DNA from: Amoebidium appalachense
Taxonomy: Eukaryota; Protista; Ichthyosporea
DNA length: 64,000 nt
NCBI GenBank assembly: GCA_963693365.1
Contig: CAVNZM010000006.1
Span: forward strand, 5,931,264-5,995,263
Direction of reading: 5' to 3'
The position numbers were made by a program, and so were the translations under genes. Below, one piece after another: positions 50,466-63,743 of this stretch. The notes below the pieces were generated by a model. It worked only from the letters and a program-made list of their open reading frames with translations, did not search any database and had not been told where the DNA came from. Each line of letters starts with the position of its first letter. The stretch's first letter is position 1.

Positions 50466-50996
50466 TCAGTGTGCCCGCTTGTGCGTTCTCCGGTGCAAAG
50501 TCTTAATTTCTCGGGAGACAAATATTGGTCTCTGATGGAGTCATAGCATGTTTGTATATATTGGTTCTTATTTATAACGTGTCTCACTGTTAGTACTGTT
50601 AGTAAAAGCGCTTTTTGAAAAAATAACCCAATTTGCAGCATATTGATGTTCCGTGCTTGATCTGGTCTCTAATGACACCCGATCGTGCGATTGCAATTCA
50701 AACATAATTTTTTGATAGGATTAAGGTCTGTGTCCTTAGGGTGATTGCGCATGCCCCATCAGCCTGTTTGAACATCATTTGGGATTATATGTATAAACGA
50801 CAGAATGGCCACATGTGGAACTTTAACGCGTCGGCCCACCTTCCCCCATCTTCCCAAACATGTGCACACATGCGGATGTGTTCCGTGCCCGCACTTAAAC
50901 ACACACAGTGCGCGCGAGCACGCACACAAACACACGCACACAAACACACGCACACATGCCCACACTGACACACACACACACAAACACACACGCGCG

Positions 50997-51059
<63 letters not shown>

Positions 51060-51196
51060 AAGTATCTAAACACATGGTGGGGCACTGTATTAAAGGCGCG
51101 CTCATTTCCCGCTCTCTTTCTCTCAATCTCGTGTTCAAGTTCTCTTGCGCTCTCCGTAAGTTACCTTTTGAGGTATCAACGTTGTTACAATCCCCA

Positions 51197-51322
51197 AGTT
51201 GCTCTTATTTGTGCCCTCTCTCTTTCTCCCTTGCTCATATATGTGCCATCTCTCTCTCTCCCTTGCTCATATATGTGCCCTCTCTCTTTTTCTCAAGTTG
51301 CTCATACTTGTGCCCTCTCTTT
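51197..51322. repeat. Short tandem repeat, ~30-37-bp unit TTGCTCATATATGTGCCCTCTCTCT, 4 copies
   Basis: Direct inspection. Confidence 0.7.
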
Positions 51323-52150
51323 CGTATTCCCAAGGTGCCCCCTCCCTTCCCGAGGCCCTTTCTCCAGGGCCCCCACACTCCACCCAACTACCGACTCAAG
51401 ATATCACCGTGGCACACCTCACACGTGCACCCACCCATACTAGTTCTGTAAAAAGAAAATGGGGTGCAGGGGGGGGGGGGGGGGGGGGGGGGGGAGGGGG
51501 GGGGGGGATTAGGGCCGAGAGGGGCAATAAAAACGAACCTGATAAAACCAAAAAAAAAAGTAGGAATATTAATATTTAGAAATTCAAATGCAAGCAAATA
51601 GAGTGTCGTGCAGCCGGCACAGCGGCACCCAAAGGTGCACACGTCTTTAATTTTTTTGAACTTCTTTCCCTTGGATCTCTACCTAAATTTCATATTGCAA
51701 TTGAAGTCTTCATGTGGCATGATAGATGTCTTTAAGGTGGGTACCGGTCCCACGAGACTGTGCTTGTTGTTATGGCAGCAGTGCTTGTCCTTGTCCTGCA
51801 GCCAGCTTTCCACATTCGTTTTTAGCATATATTCTGATCGTAAGGCCTAGGCCTAGGCAAGTTCCAACCACAGTAACAGGCCATCTTTTTGCTCGTCGTC
51901 GTATCACTAACTTCCCAGAAAGAAAAGAAAAGAAAAGAAAAGGGAAACCCCAAAACCGAACTCAAAAAACCTTCAAACCACCTATTCAACCAAACTTCTA
52001 AAACCTTAATTAGCACTCTTGCGCCTCTTTCCTTTCCTCTCCCTCGTTTTTATATTAATCACTGTCGAACACAAAATCGAGCTGTATATTCGCAGCACAA
52101 GACCCACCCACTACGCCCGTGCCACGTCCACGTACGTCGGCTACCATTAC

Positions 52151-52432
52151 TTACGCCGTATTTTTCGCACCACACTTACGGCAGCGCTTGTAATCCCTAC
52201 CCGGCGGGCAACAACAGAAGTTCCACGGGCAGCAAAAGATACACAGCGCAATATCCTTGATGCTCCACTCGCCCGAGGGAAGGAAATCGTGCGGTGGGCA
52301 GGCCCCGTGCGCTGGTGTCGGCTGTTGTGTAATGATCGTTGGTTGCTGTTGCTGTGGGCTGGTTGGACCGGCGGGTGGCGCCGCCCCGGCTGTCAAGGCG
52401 GAGATGGTAGGATCATGCTGTTTGTCACTCAT
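52151..52432 (-). CDS. BRI3 (brain protein I3)-like small Cys-rich membrane protein, 93 aa, intronless
   Basis: P/Q-rich N-terminus followed by CPPH..hydrophobic IALCIFCCPWNFCCC..KRCRKCG, the BRI3/LITAF-like Zn-binding layout. Confidence 0.65.
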   Translation of the reverse strand: MSDKQHDPTISALTAGAAPPAGPTSPQQQQPTIITQQPTPAHGACPPHDFLPSGEWSIKDIALCIFCCPWNFCCCPPGRDYKRCRKCGAKNTA

Positions 52433-52559
52433 GGTTGAAGCGTATGCTTGCAACTCTTTTCTTCTAAGTCTTCTGTGAAGTTCTGACTGTTGCTTCGTTG
52501 AAAGTTGAGTCGTATAAACAAAAGCGCGAACTCCGTTGAGCACGGTACAGGATTAACAG

Positions 52560-52900
52560 GAAATTGGCTGGTGCACATTTAGCCAATCATATTAGGAAAG
52601 TACGAGTGACCAATAGGAATCAACAACTACTAATCATGTGAATTATTTGCATCACTTGCGGCGTTGCACCGATGGGCATGGATGGGGCCGTGAAAGTGTT
52701 ATGGAAGATCATTATTATACGCAGCAGGCATAATACGGAAAAACAGGCTTGATTCCAGTTAGCTTCTCCACAACGGCTAATCCCTTCTTGTTCCATCTTT
52801 CGTTCTCTCCATCCGTTCATTTCTTTGCATCTTCGCCTTTACTCATAATTGACTGGTGTAGAATAAACCAATCAAATCATGATTGTTCATTTAGCCAATA
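52560..52900 (-). promoter_or_regulatory. CCAAT-box cluster upstream of the BRI3-like gene
   Basis: At least five CCAAT/ATTGG motifs (~52563, 52583, 52610, 52868, 52895). Confidence 0.4.
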
Positions 52901-53230
52901 GGAATGGAGAGATCCAAACATACAGTATCATACTGTTTGTGGACCACTTTGGATCTACTGTATAATAGGCCGATTTGTGGAATGTGGCTCATGACCCATA
53001 GGGCCTAGCCCGCCCCATGGGTTTTGGCGGGAAACTTTCCCCGCCAACGCGTAACACGTGCAGCAACGTACCACTTTTCCACCAACCCTTAGAAGGGAAA
53101 AAAGAGGGTTTTCGCGAAAAAAGTTTATTACATACAACAATTGGATTTGTTAACTCACGCACATTTTTGCTTAGGTGCAGGATGTGCTGCCGGCTAACGG
53201 CCCTATGTGGGCCTGCACAGTAGCGAAAAA

Positions 53231-54904
53231 ATGGTCCAGAAGTGTAACCACGCTTTCTGTTTCAAAAAACAGAAAAACGGTGTTCCTAAGTTTGTACAAA
53301 TAAAGGGTCCTGAGTATGCAACTGAGGTTTTTCTTAGGGTGGGACGCACTGAAGAATGGGTCGAATTAAAGAAAAACAGTAAAAACCTGCGGCTTTGCCG
53401 CGACCACTTTGATGATGACCAGTTTGAGAATGGTGACCGTGAAAACAAACCTCTAAAACCCAAGGCCCTTCCGCGAGCGTGGTCGGATGATGTAAGCAAC
53501 GGACGCCTAGCGGTGCCTGAGGGTGTCGAAATACCCGGGTATAACAAGGAGGAGGCTGAGCGTAAAAGGAAACTAGACACAGAGCGCAGAGAGAGAGCTG
53601 CAAAACGAGCGAGAGATGAGATCCAAAACGCACAGGAGGAACAGGAACCGCCCCCCTCGTGCACAATCGAACAACTCCAGGCTATGTTGGACGAGAAAAA
53701 CGCCGAGTTGCGCAGGCTAGAGGCGGAACTAGCCGAGAAGGACAAACAAATCGAGGAAAGGGACGAAAAGCTGTCTGCAGCAGATGTGTGGGCAAAGAGT
53801 GTGCTCGCAGGGAATAAGGGTTTGGCTGCGCAGCTAAGTACGGCGTTATGCAAAGTGGACCAAATGAAAGCAGAGGCGGAAAAGTGTGCGAAAGAAACGA
53901 CAGCTAGTTTGAAAGAAAACCTGGAACTACAGAACGAGCTACTTTCGATAAAGAAGGAAAAGATCACGCGCATGTCCATAGACAAGATCAAGGACAACGA
54001 TAAGTTAGTAAGCACGTACACAGGGTTTCCCAACTGGACCGTTTTGTCGTTGTTTTTGGAAATATGCGAGCTGGTGGGCGGGGCAAACCTGAACATGGAG
54101 GGGAAGCCAAAGGCACACAACGGTCCAGCTCGAAAACTCAGTTGGGACAACGAGATTCTGCTTACGCTGGTGTCTATGAGGCAGGGATTCCCACAGGAGC
54201 ACATGGGCTACCTGTTCGGTGTAAGTGAAGCAACAGTAAGCACCATATTTCGTGCACGGGTTATGTTTTTGGTTGGGGTGGTGCAGTTCTTGTTTCCTGA
54301 CCTTCCTTCGAAGGAAGAATTAGAAGCAGATGCACACAAGCTCTTTAAGGACAGTCCCCAGTATAGGGAAACCGGTATCATTCTAGATGCTACAGAGATC
54401 ATTGGTGAGATCTCTTCAGACGCACACCTCGCGTCTCTCATGTGGAGTGATTATAAGCAACGGCATACCTTAAAGTGGCTTGTGGGAGTTTTGCCCTCAC
54501 TGCGTGTGGGCTTAGTGGAGGGTGCCAATGGGGGTGGTGCATCCGATAAGATAATGTGCCAGAATGCGCGTGTTATTGCTAAGGTACCTAAGGGCATGGG
54601 CATAATGATAGATAAAGGTGTGCATATTAGGGAACAGTGTGAAATGGCAGGCCTCCACTGTTTCCAGCCCCCCTTCAAGAGAGATGGTATTAGGCAATTT
54701 ACGGGGAAGCAGGCAGCTGAAGGCCGCAGTATTGCCTCCCTCCGCATTCACGTAGAAAGGGCAATAGCTAGAATCAAGAGCTATAAGTGGCTAAATGCCC
54801 CCATCCCCGTGACGCAATTTAAAATTGCTCACTCTGTGTTCTTGGTCTGTGCCTTCCTCACCAATTTCCAGCGGCCGCTGGTGGTGGAGGAGGCAAAAAA
54901 ATAA
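53231..54904 (+). CDS. THAP-coiled-coil-HTH-DDE transposase (DDE_Tnp_4 / Harbinger-ISL2EU family), 557 aa, intact and intronless
   Basis: THAP C2CH motif (KCNHAFC..RLCRDHF..LKPKALP), HTH (RKLSWDNEILLTLVSMRQG..YLFGVSEATVSTIF) and catalytic triad IILDATE / IMIDKG / RIHVERAIARIK. Confidence 0.92.
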   Translation: MVQKCNHAFCFKKQKNGVPKFVQIKGPEYATEVFLRVGRTEEWVELKKNSKNLRLCRDHFDDDQFENGDRENKPLKPKALPRAWSDDVSNGRLAVPEGVEIPGYNKEEAERKRKLDTERRERAAKRARDEIQNAQEEQEPPPSCTIEQLQAMLDEKNAELRRLEAELAEKDKQIEERDEKLSAADVWAKSVLAGNKGLAAQLSTALCKVDQMKAEAEKCAKETTASLKENLELQNELLSIKKEKITRMSIDKIKDNDKLVSTYTGFPNWTVLSLFLEICELVGGANLNMEGKPKAHNGPARKLSWDNEILLTLVSMRQGFPQEHMGYLFGVSEATVSTIFRARVMFLVGVVQFLFPDLPSKEELEADAHKLFKDSPQYRETGIILDATEIIGEISSDAHLASLMWSDYKQRHTLKWLVGVLPSLRVGLVEGANGGGASDKIMCQNARVIAKVPKGMGIMIDKGVHIREQCEMAGLHCFQPPFKRDGIRQFTGKQAAEGRSIASLRIHVERAIARIKSYKWLNAPIPVTQFKIAHSVFLVCAFLTNFQRPLVVEEAKK

Positions 54905-55146
54905 AGAGCACGTATTGGCATGGGTTCGAGGTTCATTAAATGCAGTTGCTTCCCCCCCCCCCCCCCCCTCCCCCTACCCTTCGGTCACCCCTGCCACTCA
55001 ATCTTTCTTTTTCCTCTTTGCATGATGGATGGGTGTGTGGGAGGGGGGATGGGGGTGTGGGGGGGGGGGGGGGGGGAGGAGGGATGGAAGAGAAAGGGTC
55101 TGAGAAACAAGATTCAGTGAACAGATATCTCTCTCTCTCTCTCTCT

Positions 55147-55252
<106 letters not shown>

Positions 55253-55532
55253 CCCGGGGGAGGGGAGAGCATGGGCTATGCCGTGCTGTTAGCCTTCGGT
55301 GAAGTGGGGATGGGGGGGGGGGGGGGGAGAGAGACGGGGATCAATATTTCGGAGGGAGGGGGGAGGGGGGGGGGGGGAGGGGGCATCATGGGGCCATCGA
55401 TGGGGGCGGGGGGGGCAGTGGGACAGATTGGGGAAGGAAGGAAGGGGATGTCTTGTAAATGGGTAAGAGAATGATTTAAGCCTGAGCTCATATAAGTATG
55501 TGTGTGTGTGTGTGTTTGTGTGGTGTGTGTGT

Positions 55533-55589
<57 letters not shown>

Positions 55590-55596
55590 TGTGTGT

Positions 55597-55655
<59 letters not shown>

Positions 55656-55725
55656 TGCAGTGTGTGTGTGTGTGTGTCTGTGTCTGTGTGTCTGTGTCTG
55701 TGTGTCTGTGTGTGTGTGTGTGTTT

Positions 55726-56144
55726 GCCCGCAGTGTGTCCATAACCAGGCGTACCAGGCCGGAGGGGGGGCTGACAGCCTTAGCATACTCTCCGGCGTTG
55801 TATGCATTCTTCTTGTTAGTAATTCTTTCAGCCCTCGTGTGCTCTTTACTGGGTGCCGGTTCTCCATCAAAAACACACACCGGAATACAGTTGAGCTCTG
55901 AAACGTATGAACTAATCTTTTCCAGAATGGAGTTTGTGATGTTTGCCCATATTTTGGATGGCATGTTAATGTTGTCGTGGTTGTATTTTGCTACGTGTTG
56001 GGAAAAGGTGGACTGAGCGATCACGTTGTATATAACGGTTGACACGTCAATGCCTATTCTATGACCAGAGAGTGAGTTGGGAAGAAAGCAGGCGCGTTTC
56101 TGTTCTGAAACGCCCAAAGCAGGCAGTAAACCTTCGACACCCAT
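55726..56144 (-). CDS. FEN1/EXO1/XPG-family (PIN-fold) nuclease N-domain, transposon-borne; C-terminal part not found
   Basis: MGVEGLLPAL..GHRIGIDVSTVIY..IPVCVFDG..PSKEHTRAER matches the EXO1-type MGIxGL/AVD/VFDG/PSK..R motifs. The ORF runs into a (CA)n tract just before the expected APxEAD motif. Confidence 0.8.
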
Positions 56145-56926
56145 GGTGTATTGCGAGTGTTGTGAAAGTGGGTGTGTCATTCACTCAAAGATAAGCCCAA
56201 TTTTTTTTTTGAAAAACTTAAACATAAAACTACAGTTAAAGAGACAAAAATTTCGCAAGTTTATGCTTCACAGCTACAGTATGACAGCGTGTGGGAGTCG
56301 AAGCGAACGTGAAGGCTTTATGTAGCTGCACACGAAACGTTTGCGTGGACTAGTGCTGGGGACCGCCGTCTGATTGCAGGCACGGCCCTCTGAAAAAAAG
56401 ATTGCAGGCCCTATGGCTGCCAACCTCGGGAGTTTGAGCGAAGTAAAAATTTGATCGATTTTGGGATAGTAGATCCAAAGTGGCCCGTAGTAACCGTACA
56501 AAACAGCAAAACGGTAAAAACAACACAAAACAGAAAAACGAAATAACCAAAAAGAACCGCGAAGCAGACAGCCTGAGAAAAGTTAAATTAGCATAGTCAT
56601 GTGTTATGACGATGCATGTGATGTGAGAATACTGTTTGTGTTTGTGTAGCGGTGGTAATCATATTGCATACTGTACATATGACACATGGCCCAGCGCGTC
56701 AACCGCGTTAGGCATACCACAGTGACATGTAGGCTAGAATTCGAATTCCGCACGAATCTGACCGAAGCTGGCAGTGCAACCAAGGCACGGCTATGTTCCC
56801 TAAACTTTGAGTCGAGCATGATGATATGGCTGAGACCCCCCCCCCCCCCCCCCCCCCCCCCCCTCAACACACACACACACACTCACAGACACACACACAC
56901 ACACTCACACACACGCACACACGCAC

Positions 56927-57048
<122 letters not shown>

Positions 57049-57133
57049 ACAGACACAGCCACACACACGCACACGCACACACGCACACGCACACGCACGC
57101 ACACACACACACACACACGCACGCACACGCGCA

Positions 57134-57239
<106 letters not shown>

Positions 57240-57315
57240 AGACACAGCCACACACACGCACACGCACACACGCACACGCACACGCACGCACACACACACA
57301 CACACACGCACGCAC

Positions 57316-57376
<61 letters not shown>

Positions 57377-57596
57377 GGATGCTCGATGGGCCGGGCCCCC
57401 CAGCAGCCCCAAGAGCCCCAAGAGAGAGGACCCGAGTCATGGCAGTAGTCATGGCCCGTACATACATGTACACATGGTATGAACAATGCACATGAAACAT
57501 TTATCGTCACACACGCACACACACGCACACACAAGTTCATCATTTTTTTTGTTTTTTGGTTGTTGTTTTTTTTGCGCGGAGAGAGGGGGGACCGGG

Positions 57597-57635
<39 letters not shown>

Positions 57636-57663
57636 GGAGGAGGCTGGCGCTGGCTTCGAGGGG

Positions 57664-57703
<40 letters not shown>

Positions 57704-57748
57704 GTATGGTACTTGACTCTCTCATCGGATCAGTGAGCTTAGGGGAAG

Positions 57749-58385
57749 AAGGGCCCAACCACATCGGCAAAGTCAACTTGCAAAATGCAGAATTATTCGA
57801 TGCGAAAAGCGGAATTGTTTGGCAAAAGCGGAATATTCTGCAAAAGTGGAATAATTCTGCGAACAGCAGAATAATCCTGCAAAGAGACGACTCGTGATTC
57901 TGCTTTGAGCAGAATACACAGCCCTGCACTGTGACTCATGATGCCCTACCTATACGTACTCCCCCCCCCCCTACCCCCCCAGTAAGTGTTTACTGCCCGC
58001 GTACCCACCCCCCCTCCCCCCTCGCTTCCCCCCCCCCCCCCCTCCCCCCCCCCCCCCCCCCCCCCCCCCCTCCCCCCCCCCCCCTCCCCGGCCTCTTCCC
58101 GGGCCAAACGTTGTTCACCACATCGGCCGAGTCAACTTGCTCCGGGCAGAATTATTCTGCAAAAGGTAGAATTACTCTGCTAAAAGAAGAATTATTCAGC
58201 GAAAGCAGAGTTATTCTGCAAAAGCAGAACTAATCTACTAAAAAAGAATTATTCTGCAAACAGCAGATTCTTTTAGCAGAATTATTCTGCTGTCGAAGGC
58301 AGAATATTTCCGTGGTTTGCAGAACAATTCTGCTTAGAGCAGAATAATTCTGATAAAAACAGAGTGATTCTGCTCAAAGCATAAG
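57749..58385. repeat. Two related arrays of the palindromic unit GCAGAATWATTCTGC (~19-20-bp period)
   Basis: Blocks 57749-57915 and 58101-58385 both start CCACATCGGC..AGTCAACTTGC and end GTGATTCTGCT..AGCA, but differ in unit number. Confidence 0.8.
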
Positions 58386-59740
58386 TGCACACACACATGC
58401 ACACGTGCACGTAGGCGCACTTATCAAACCCCGCCTAGCTCCCCTCCCTCTGCCTCCCCCCCTCCTCACTCACATGCACACGTGCACACACGCACACGTG
58501 CACACACACACGCTCACACACCGAGAGATACAGACAGAGACACGAGTGCACACACACACACACACACACGCACACACACCCACCCACACACACACACACA
58601 CACACGCACGCGCGCGCGCGTGCGCGCGCACCCACACACACGTTTCTACGCACATGTGTGTGCACGCGCGAGTGCGATCACGCTCCCTCCCATGGTATAC
58701 TGTTTCTGGATCCTTGGCCTTAGATCTTTCTTTTCTCATTTGGTGGAGGGGTCATGGTGGTGGTGGGTGGGTGGGTGTGAGGAGGGGAAGGGAAGTGGGA
58801 GGGGGGGGGGGGGGGGGGGGGGCTGTAGCCTTAAAAAGGTTTGAGTGAGGGAGGGAGGGGGGGAGGGGGGGGGGCGGTGGGGGTTGGATAAGGTTGTGTG
58901 TGTAGTTACGACTCCATGTACTATATATCTTTTTCCTACAGGTGGGATGGGGCCCAACAGCCAATCGACGGGTGAATCTTCCGGCCAATCAAAAAACCTT
59001 TCTTGTGAGCTCAGCCAATCAGAGCCGAGGCACGATCGTGTACTCTTGCCACCTCACACGAAGGGGGGGAGGTGGGGGGGAGGGGAACATGTGGCACAAA
59101 TACATATGAGATAGAATACGGTGTGTGCTGGGTCATCGGATATTGAAGGGGGGCGGGGGGGGGGGGGGGGGGGGGGGTTGACAAACACACAGATGCAAAA
59201 TGTAGATCATTTGTTCTTTCCGGGGCCCGGAGGGTGGCGGTGGTGGTGACGGGGGGGGGGGGGGGGGGGGGGGGGGGGACAACACTTTTTGACATGTACA
59301 AGCACATCGTGGCCGGCAAATGCAAACATCATCACAGCAAGGACACACACTGTCGCAAGCACACTACACTATTACTCAGAGCTAGTTCGTAGTGTTTTTA
59401 GGTGTAGTGTAAGCCCGGTGGTATGCGCGAAGACATATACTATAGCCTCAGTGCAGCAGGAGTGTACCGTGTTTATGCATGCAAAACGCATGGGTAGGTG
59501 CTGGGGGCCCTCACGTATTTATACACCTAGTGGAAGGATGAGGCAACAATGTGTATCAATACGGCATGTATATGAATACGCAGACACAACAGTTTTGTTA
59601 GGAATAACCATATTTGGTGTCGCATTATACGTGCAAAATCAACACAGCACCCGCAACAGTCAACGCTTCAAAAGTCTTCCCAACAGTTTTAGGGTCTGTT
59701 TCAAAGGGGGGAAAAAAAAGAGATGTGTTAGAACAACAGA

Positions 59741-59777
<37 letters not shown>

Positions 59778-60282
59778 CACCACCACCACCACCACCACCA
59801 CCACCACCCACCCACCCACCCACCCACCCACCCATGCACACACCACCACCAAAAAAAAACCAAACAAACAAAAAAAAAAAACGTAATGCCACTACAAACT
59901 GTTCGACCGAAGCATCTGGCCTCAAAAATATTCTTCTCAACAGACATACAAGATTCATAAAATTGGAATAAATTGAGATTTTTAGCAAACGAAAGTCTTT
60001 GTAGAGAACAACCGCCGTGTCACAGTGTGTGGGTACCGGCCCCATAGAAAATAATTACCATCGTATCATATCCCCAAATATCTGCAATATCTCGTTTGTT
60101 AATATTCAAGCTTGAGTGATTCATTAAAGTCAATACCACTTAATAAATAAAAACAATATTTACATATCTAAATGATAATCATTTGAAATACAAATATACA
60201 TAAATTTTATTACACAAGTACGAAAGAAACAGTGGGATTGGCACCAAACCTAGGCATTCTTTATGCCCGCCCACCCGCCCAA

Positions 60283-61781
60283 TCAGTACGCTCTCAGTGT
60301 AGCTTCAATCCCCCTCTCCCGGTACTCGCTCGCAAAAACCCCCATTCTCTCCACATTTTCTTCCTCCTCATGTCGCACCCAAGAAGAATTCAACAGCACG
60401 ATTTTTTGCACCGTCGGGTGCAAAATCAGCGGTTCCAAATGGCCGAATTTGCTCGCGGGGGGGTGCATCACCATCAGTTTGCGCAAACGCCCGCACTGCA
60501 TGAGGGGGGTCGTATCCGGCATGTAGTTCGGGTTACAAGTAACGGCAAGGTATCCCAAATTTCCACATGCAGATAGCGGTGAAAACGTCTCAATTTTCGT
60601 CTGTATCTGCAATATTAGCGTCACCAACCGCGTCATGTTGGATAGCGGCGAGAATCCAGGACTGGGATATTCAAGGACGTGAGAGCACATTCGAGGTGTG
60701 TCAGCTCTCTGCACGTGGCCAAGGGGGATAAGTCGGTGGCGTGGCCCGAAACAACAGACAGGAACCGCAACTGGTTGCACGCCGAGATAGGGGTTAAGTC
60801 CTCGGTATTGGTGTGGAGGGACGTCAACTCGATGCAGGAAGACACTAGGGAGATGTCTCCTGTGGCGTACAGTTCCATTTCCAAATGACGCAGCCGAGGT
60901 GCTGTGCGTACGAAGTTTATGTCTTCAGGACCGACCATACCTGAACTCTCCGGGCGAACGCGCGCGACAAAGCGCGTGAGGGGCCAACTTGACACACTAG
61001 GAGGCATGTTTGGGAAAACGTCGCAACATTCCAAGACCTCAATGCCCGTGTGGGGAGAGAGGGGACGAAAATCACCACAGCCGCAGATGAGTGCTTGAGG
61101 GTGGCGCAGGAACGCAAAGCCATTGCCAGAAGAGCGGTGATCAATGAATCCCCCACGTCAAGCACATGCAGATGCGGCAACTGGGCGACAGCGTTCAACC
61201 CCACCACTGGCATTCCCCTCAGGCTTGCGTCGTTCTTCAGAACGAACTTTGTAATGTTGGTGCAAGAGGTGGCCAGCGGCGTGATGTCGACATTTCCGAA
61301 AACAAACCCCATCGAAAATTGGCGCAATCTTTCCCCGGCCCCGTGGGCTATGGCCGAGATGCATTGGCTGTTTGCTGCCGTCACAATAACGCTGCGAACA
61401 TGCGTGCAGATTTGCAGGAAATTCTTTAGAAATTCCGCCTCCTGCTCTTCCTCCTCTTCGCTCTCTTTTTCTTCACCTTCACGGGGAGGGGGGGGAGGAC
61501 TGCGCTCATCACATCACGGCAGTCAATAGCTACGGAAGTGAGGGAGTTTGCCATAATTTCGCCAGAGGCGCATACTCGTGGGGGCCTATGCGTTTAATCA
61601 TCACGCATGTATATAGAGGGATAGTCCATGTGCGCAAAACATGGCGAAACCTCTTGCAGACAAGGCCACAATTTGCTCTGTCGGTGCGGCCAAGTGCGAG
61701 GAATATGTTTGCAAGGACGAGGTTGTCTATGCGGTCAAAGGGTTTAAGGGCGATATCCCCATCTGGGACTGTCGCGGCCAT
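60283..61781 (-). pseudogene. F-box / leucine-rich-repeat protein, intronless, with at least 3 frame breaks
   Basis: F-box motif (VLANIFLAL..DRANCGLVCKRFRHVL) followed by LRRs (DLTPISACNQLRFL, DLSPLATCRELTHL, FSPLSACGNLGYL), split over ORFs 61530-61781, 60917-61384, 60633-61034 and 60283-60780. Confidence 0.75.
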
Positions 61782-62134
61782 GTTTAAAGGTCGCTGTTTC
61801 TGCACTTTCAAGCTATGTTTTGTAGTTTAGAGGTTGGTATGGTATTGTATATGTGGAAGGTGAGGAATGATGTTATGTCCTGATGCTGCTGATGCAAGTA
61901 ATAACGTGTGAATAACGCAGTGATCATGCCTGAGGCATGTATATATACATATGTGGGAATAAATTCAGTTTCAGTGCAAGCACTGTGAACACAACAAGAA
62001 AAAGAACTCAGTGAAAAAAGGTGGGACAGCTGTTTGGGAGTCGACCTTCACAAAGGACTTTTGGACTGTCGGAATCCCAGATCGCTCGCCGCCGACGTCG
62101 CGATCGGCGGATCGTGCACCTTATATATGGCTAA

Positions 62135-62176
<42 letters not shown>

Positions 62177-62334
62177 CTCCCTCCCTCCCTCCCTCCCTCC
62201 CTCCCTCCCTCCCTCCCTCCCTCCCTCCCTCCCTCCCTCCCCCCTCTCCACCCCCCTCCCCACCCCCCTCCCCTCCCTCCTCTCTCTCTCTCCAAGGCGT
62301 CTATGCTCTCTCTCTCTCTCTCTCACTCACTCAC

Positions 62335-62502
<168 letters not shown>

Positions 62503-62603
62503 CATCTCTCTCTCTCCCTTTTGATCGCTCTCCCCCCCCCCCCCCCCCCCCCCCTTCCTTTCAAAGTTCTCTCCCTCTCTCCGTGCCCCGTCCCCTCCCT
62601 CTC

Positions 62604-62732
<129 letters not shown>

Positions 62733-63743
62733 CCCCTCTCCCCCTCTCCCCACTCCTCCCCTCCCCCCCCTCCCCCCCCCCCCCTCAACACACACACACA
62801 CACCCCACCCCCACAACCCCACCCTTCTCTTACTCAACGCACTCTCTTTCTCGCGTGAGTACCTTGCTCGGCGCTCTCAAGTCTCCGAGAGATCTTGAAC
62901 CAGATTTCATGAACTGAGGGATCTAAGTTCGACGAATCTAATTGTGCTATTTCGTACCAAATATGTATTACTCGATTTCGAAAATCCAATCAAATCGCGC
63001 TAGTAACATTCTTATCTGGTGCCCAAAACGACGCGTTTGCCTCTGCATGATGTTTCAGTCTTCACACTTCAGTGGAGCACAGTTAGGGGGAGGAGGAGGA
63101 GGAGGAGGAGGAGGAGGAGGAGGAGGAGGGGGGGGGGGGGGGGAGGAGAATTTAGTAGTGAATGATATTGTATATAAAATAGTCCAAATTTACTATTGCA
63201 ACCAGCCGTATCCTCAAGAAGATGCAGAGCTTCTGCTAGGGCTGTACATATATAGAAAAAAACGCAAACTCCCCCAGCAGCTAATAGATGGGTAGTTACG
63301 GCGAGGACGGTGACAGCTTAGGATGAGCAGGAAAAAAATTGTCAACAGAACGGTATTATAGCCTAGCACGCTGAGTCTATTTGATAGTGCTGTTTGTTGT
63401 CTCATAGTGAACTAAAAAAATCGCTATGTCATTGGTCCTTTTGGTGGCTTTTGTGCGACATGCTCCCAAAATTTCTATCTAGTATCATCCTTGTGTCAAG
63501 TTTCTGCAAGGTCATGTGACGACTGTCACACCTTTCGGCTACAAAAGCCTGCTTAATCTCTCTCTCTATCACCAGTCTCACAAAGCAAACCAAGTGTACA
63601 CATCTGCACAGTGCGCGCTATAGCTACAACTGAGTAGTTTGGAGTTCAAGCTTGCACACAACAACTTCACCACCCTTCTTCGATACTATCAATTTCTCAT
63701 TTCCCCTTTCACTCAGTTTCAAGGTTATCTTTCACAAACCAAC

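Noticed and set aside
53203-54204. 333-aa minus-strand ORF
   Set aside because: Antisense shadow of the transposase.
55255-55287. Possible second exon of the XPG-like gene (HGIAHALPSPG)
   Set aside because: Only vaguely resembles GIxxxxAPxEAD, needs a GC donor, lacks EAD and runs into a microsatellite.
57749-58385. CRISPR array
   Set aside because: No unique spacers, degenerate units, eukaryotic context and no cas genes.
59289-59960. 223-aa plus-strand ORF
   Set aside because: No recognisable motif, and extended by low-complexity tracts.
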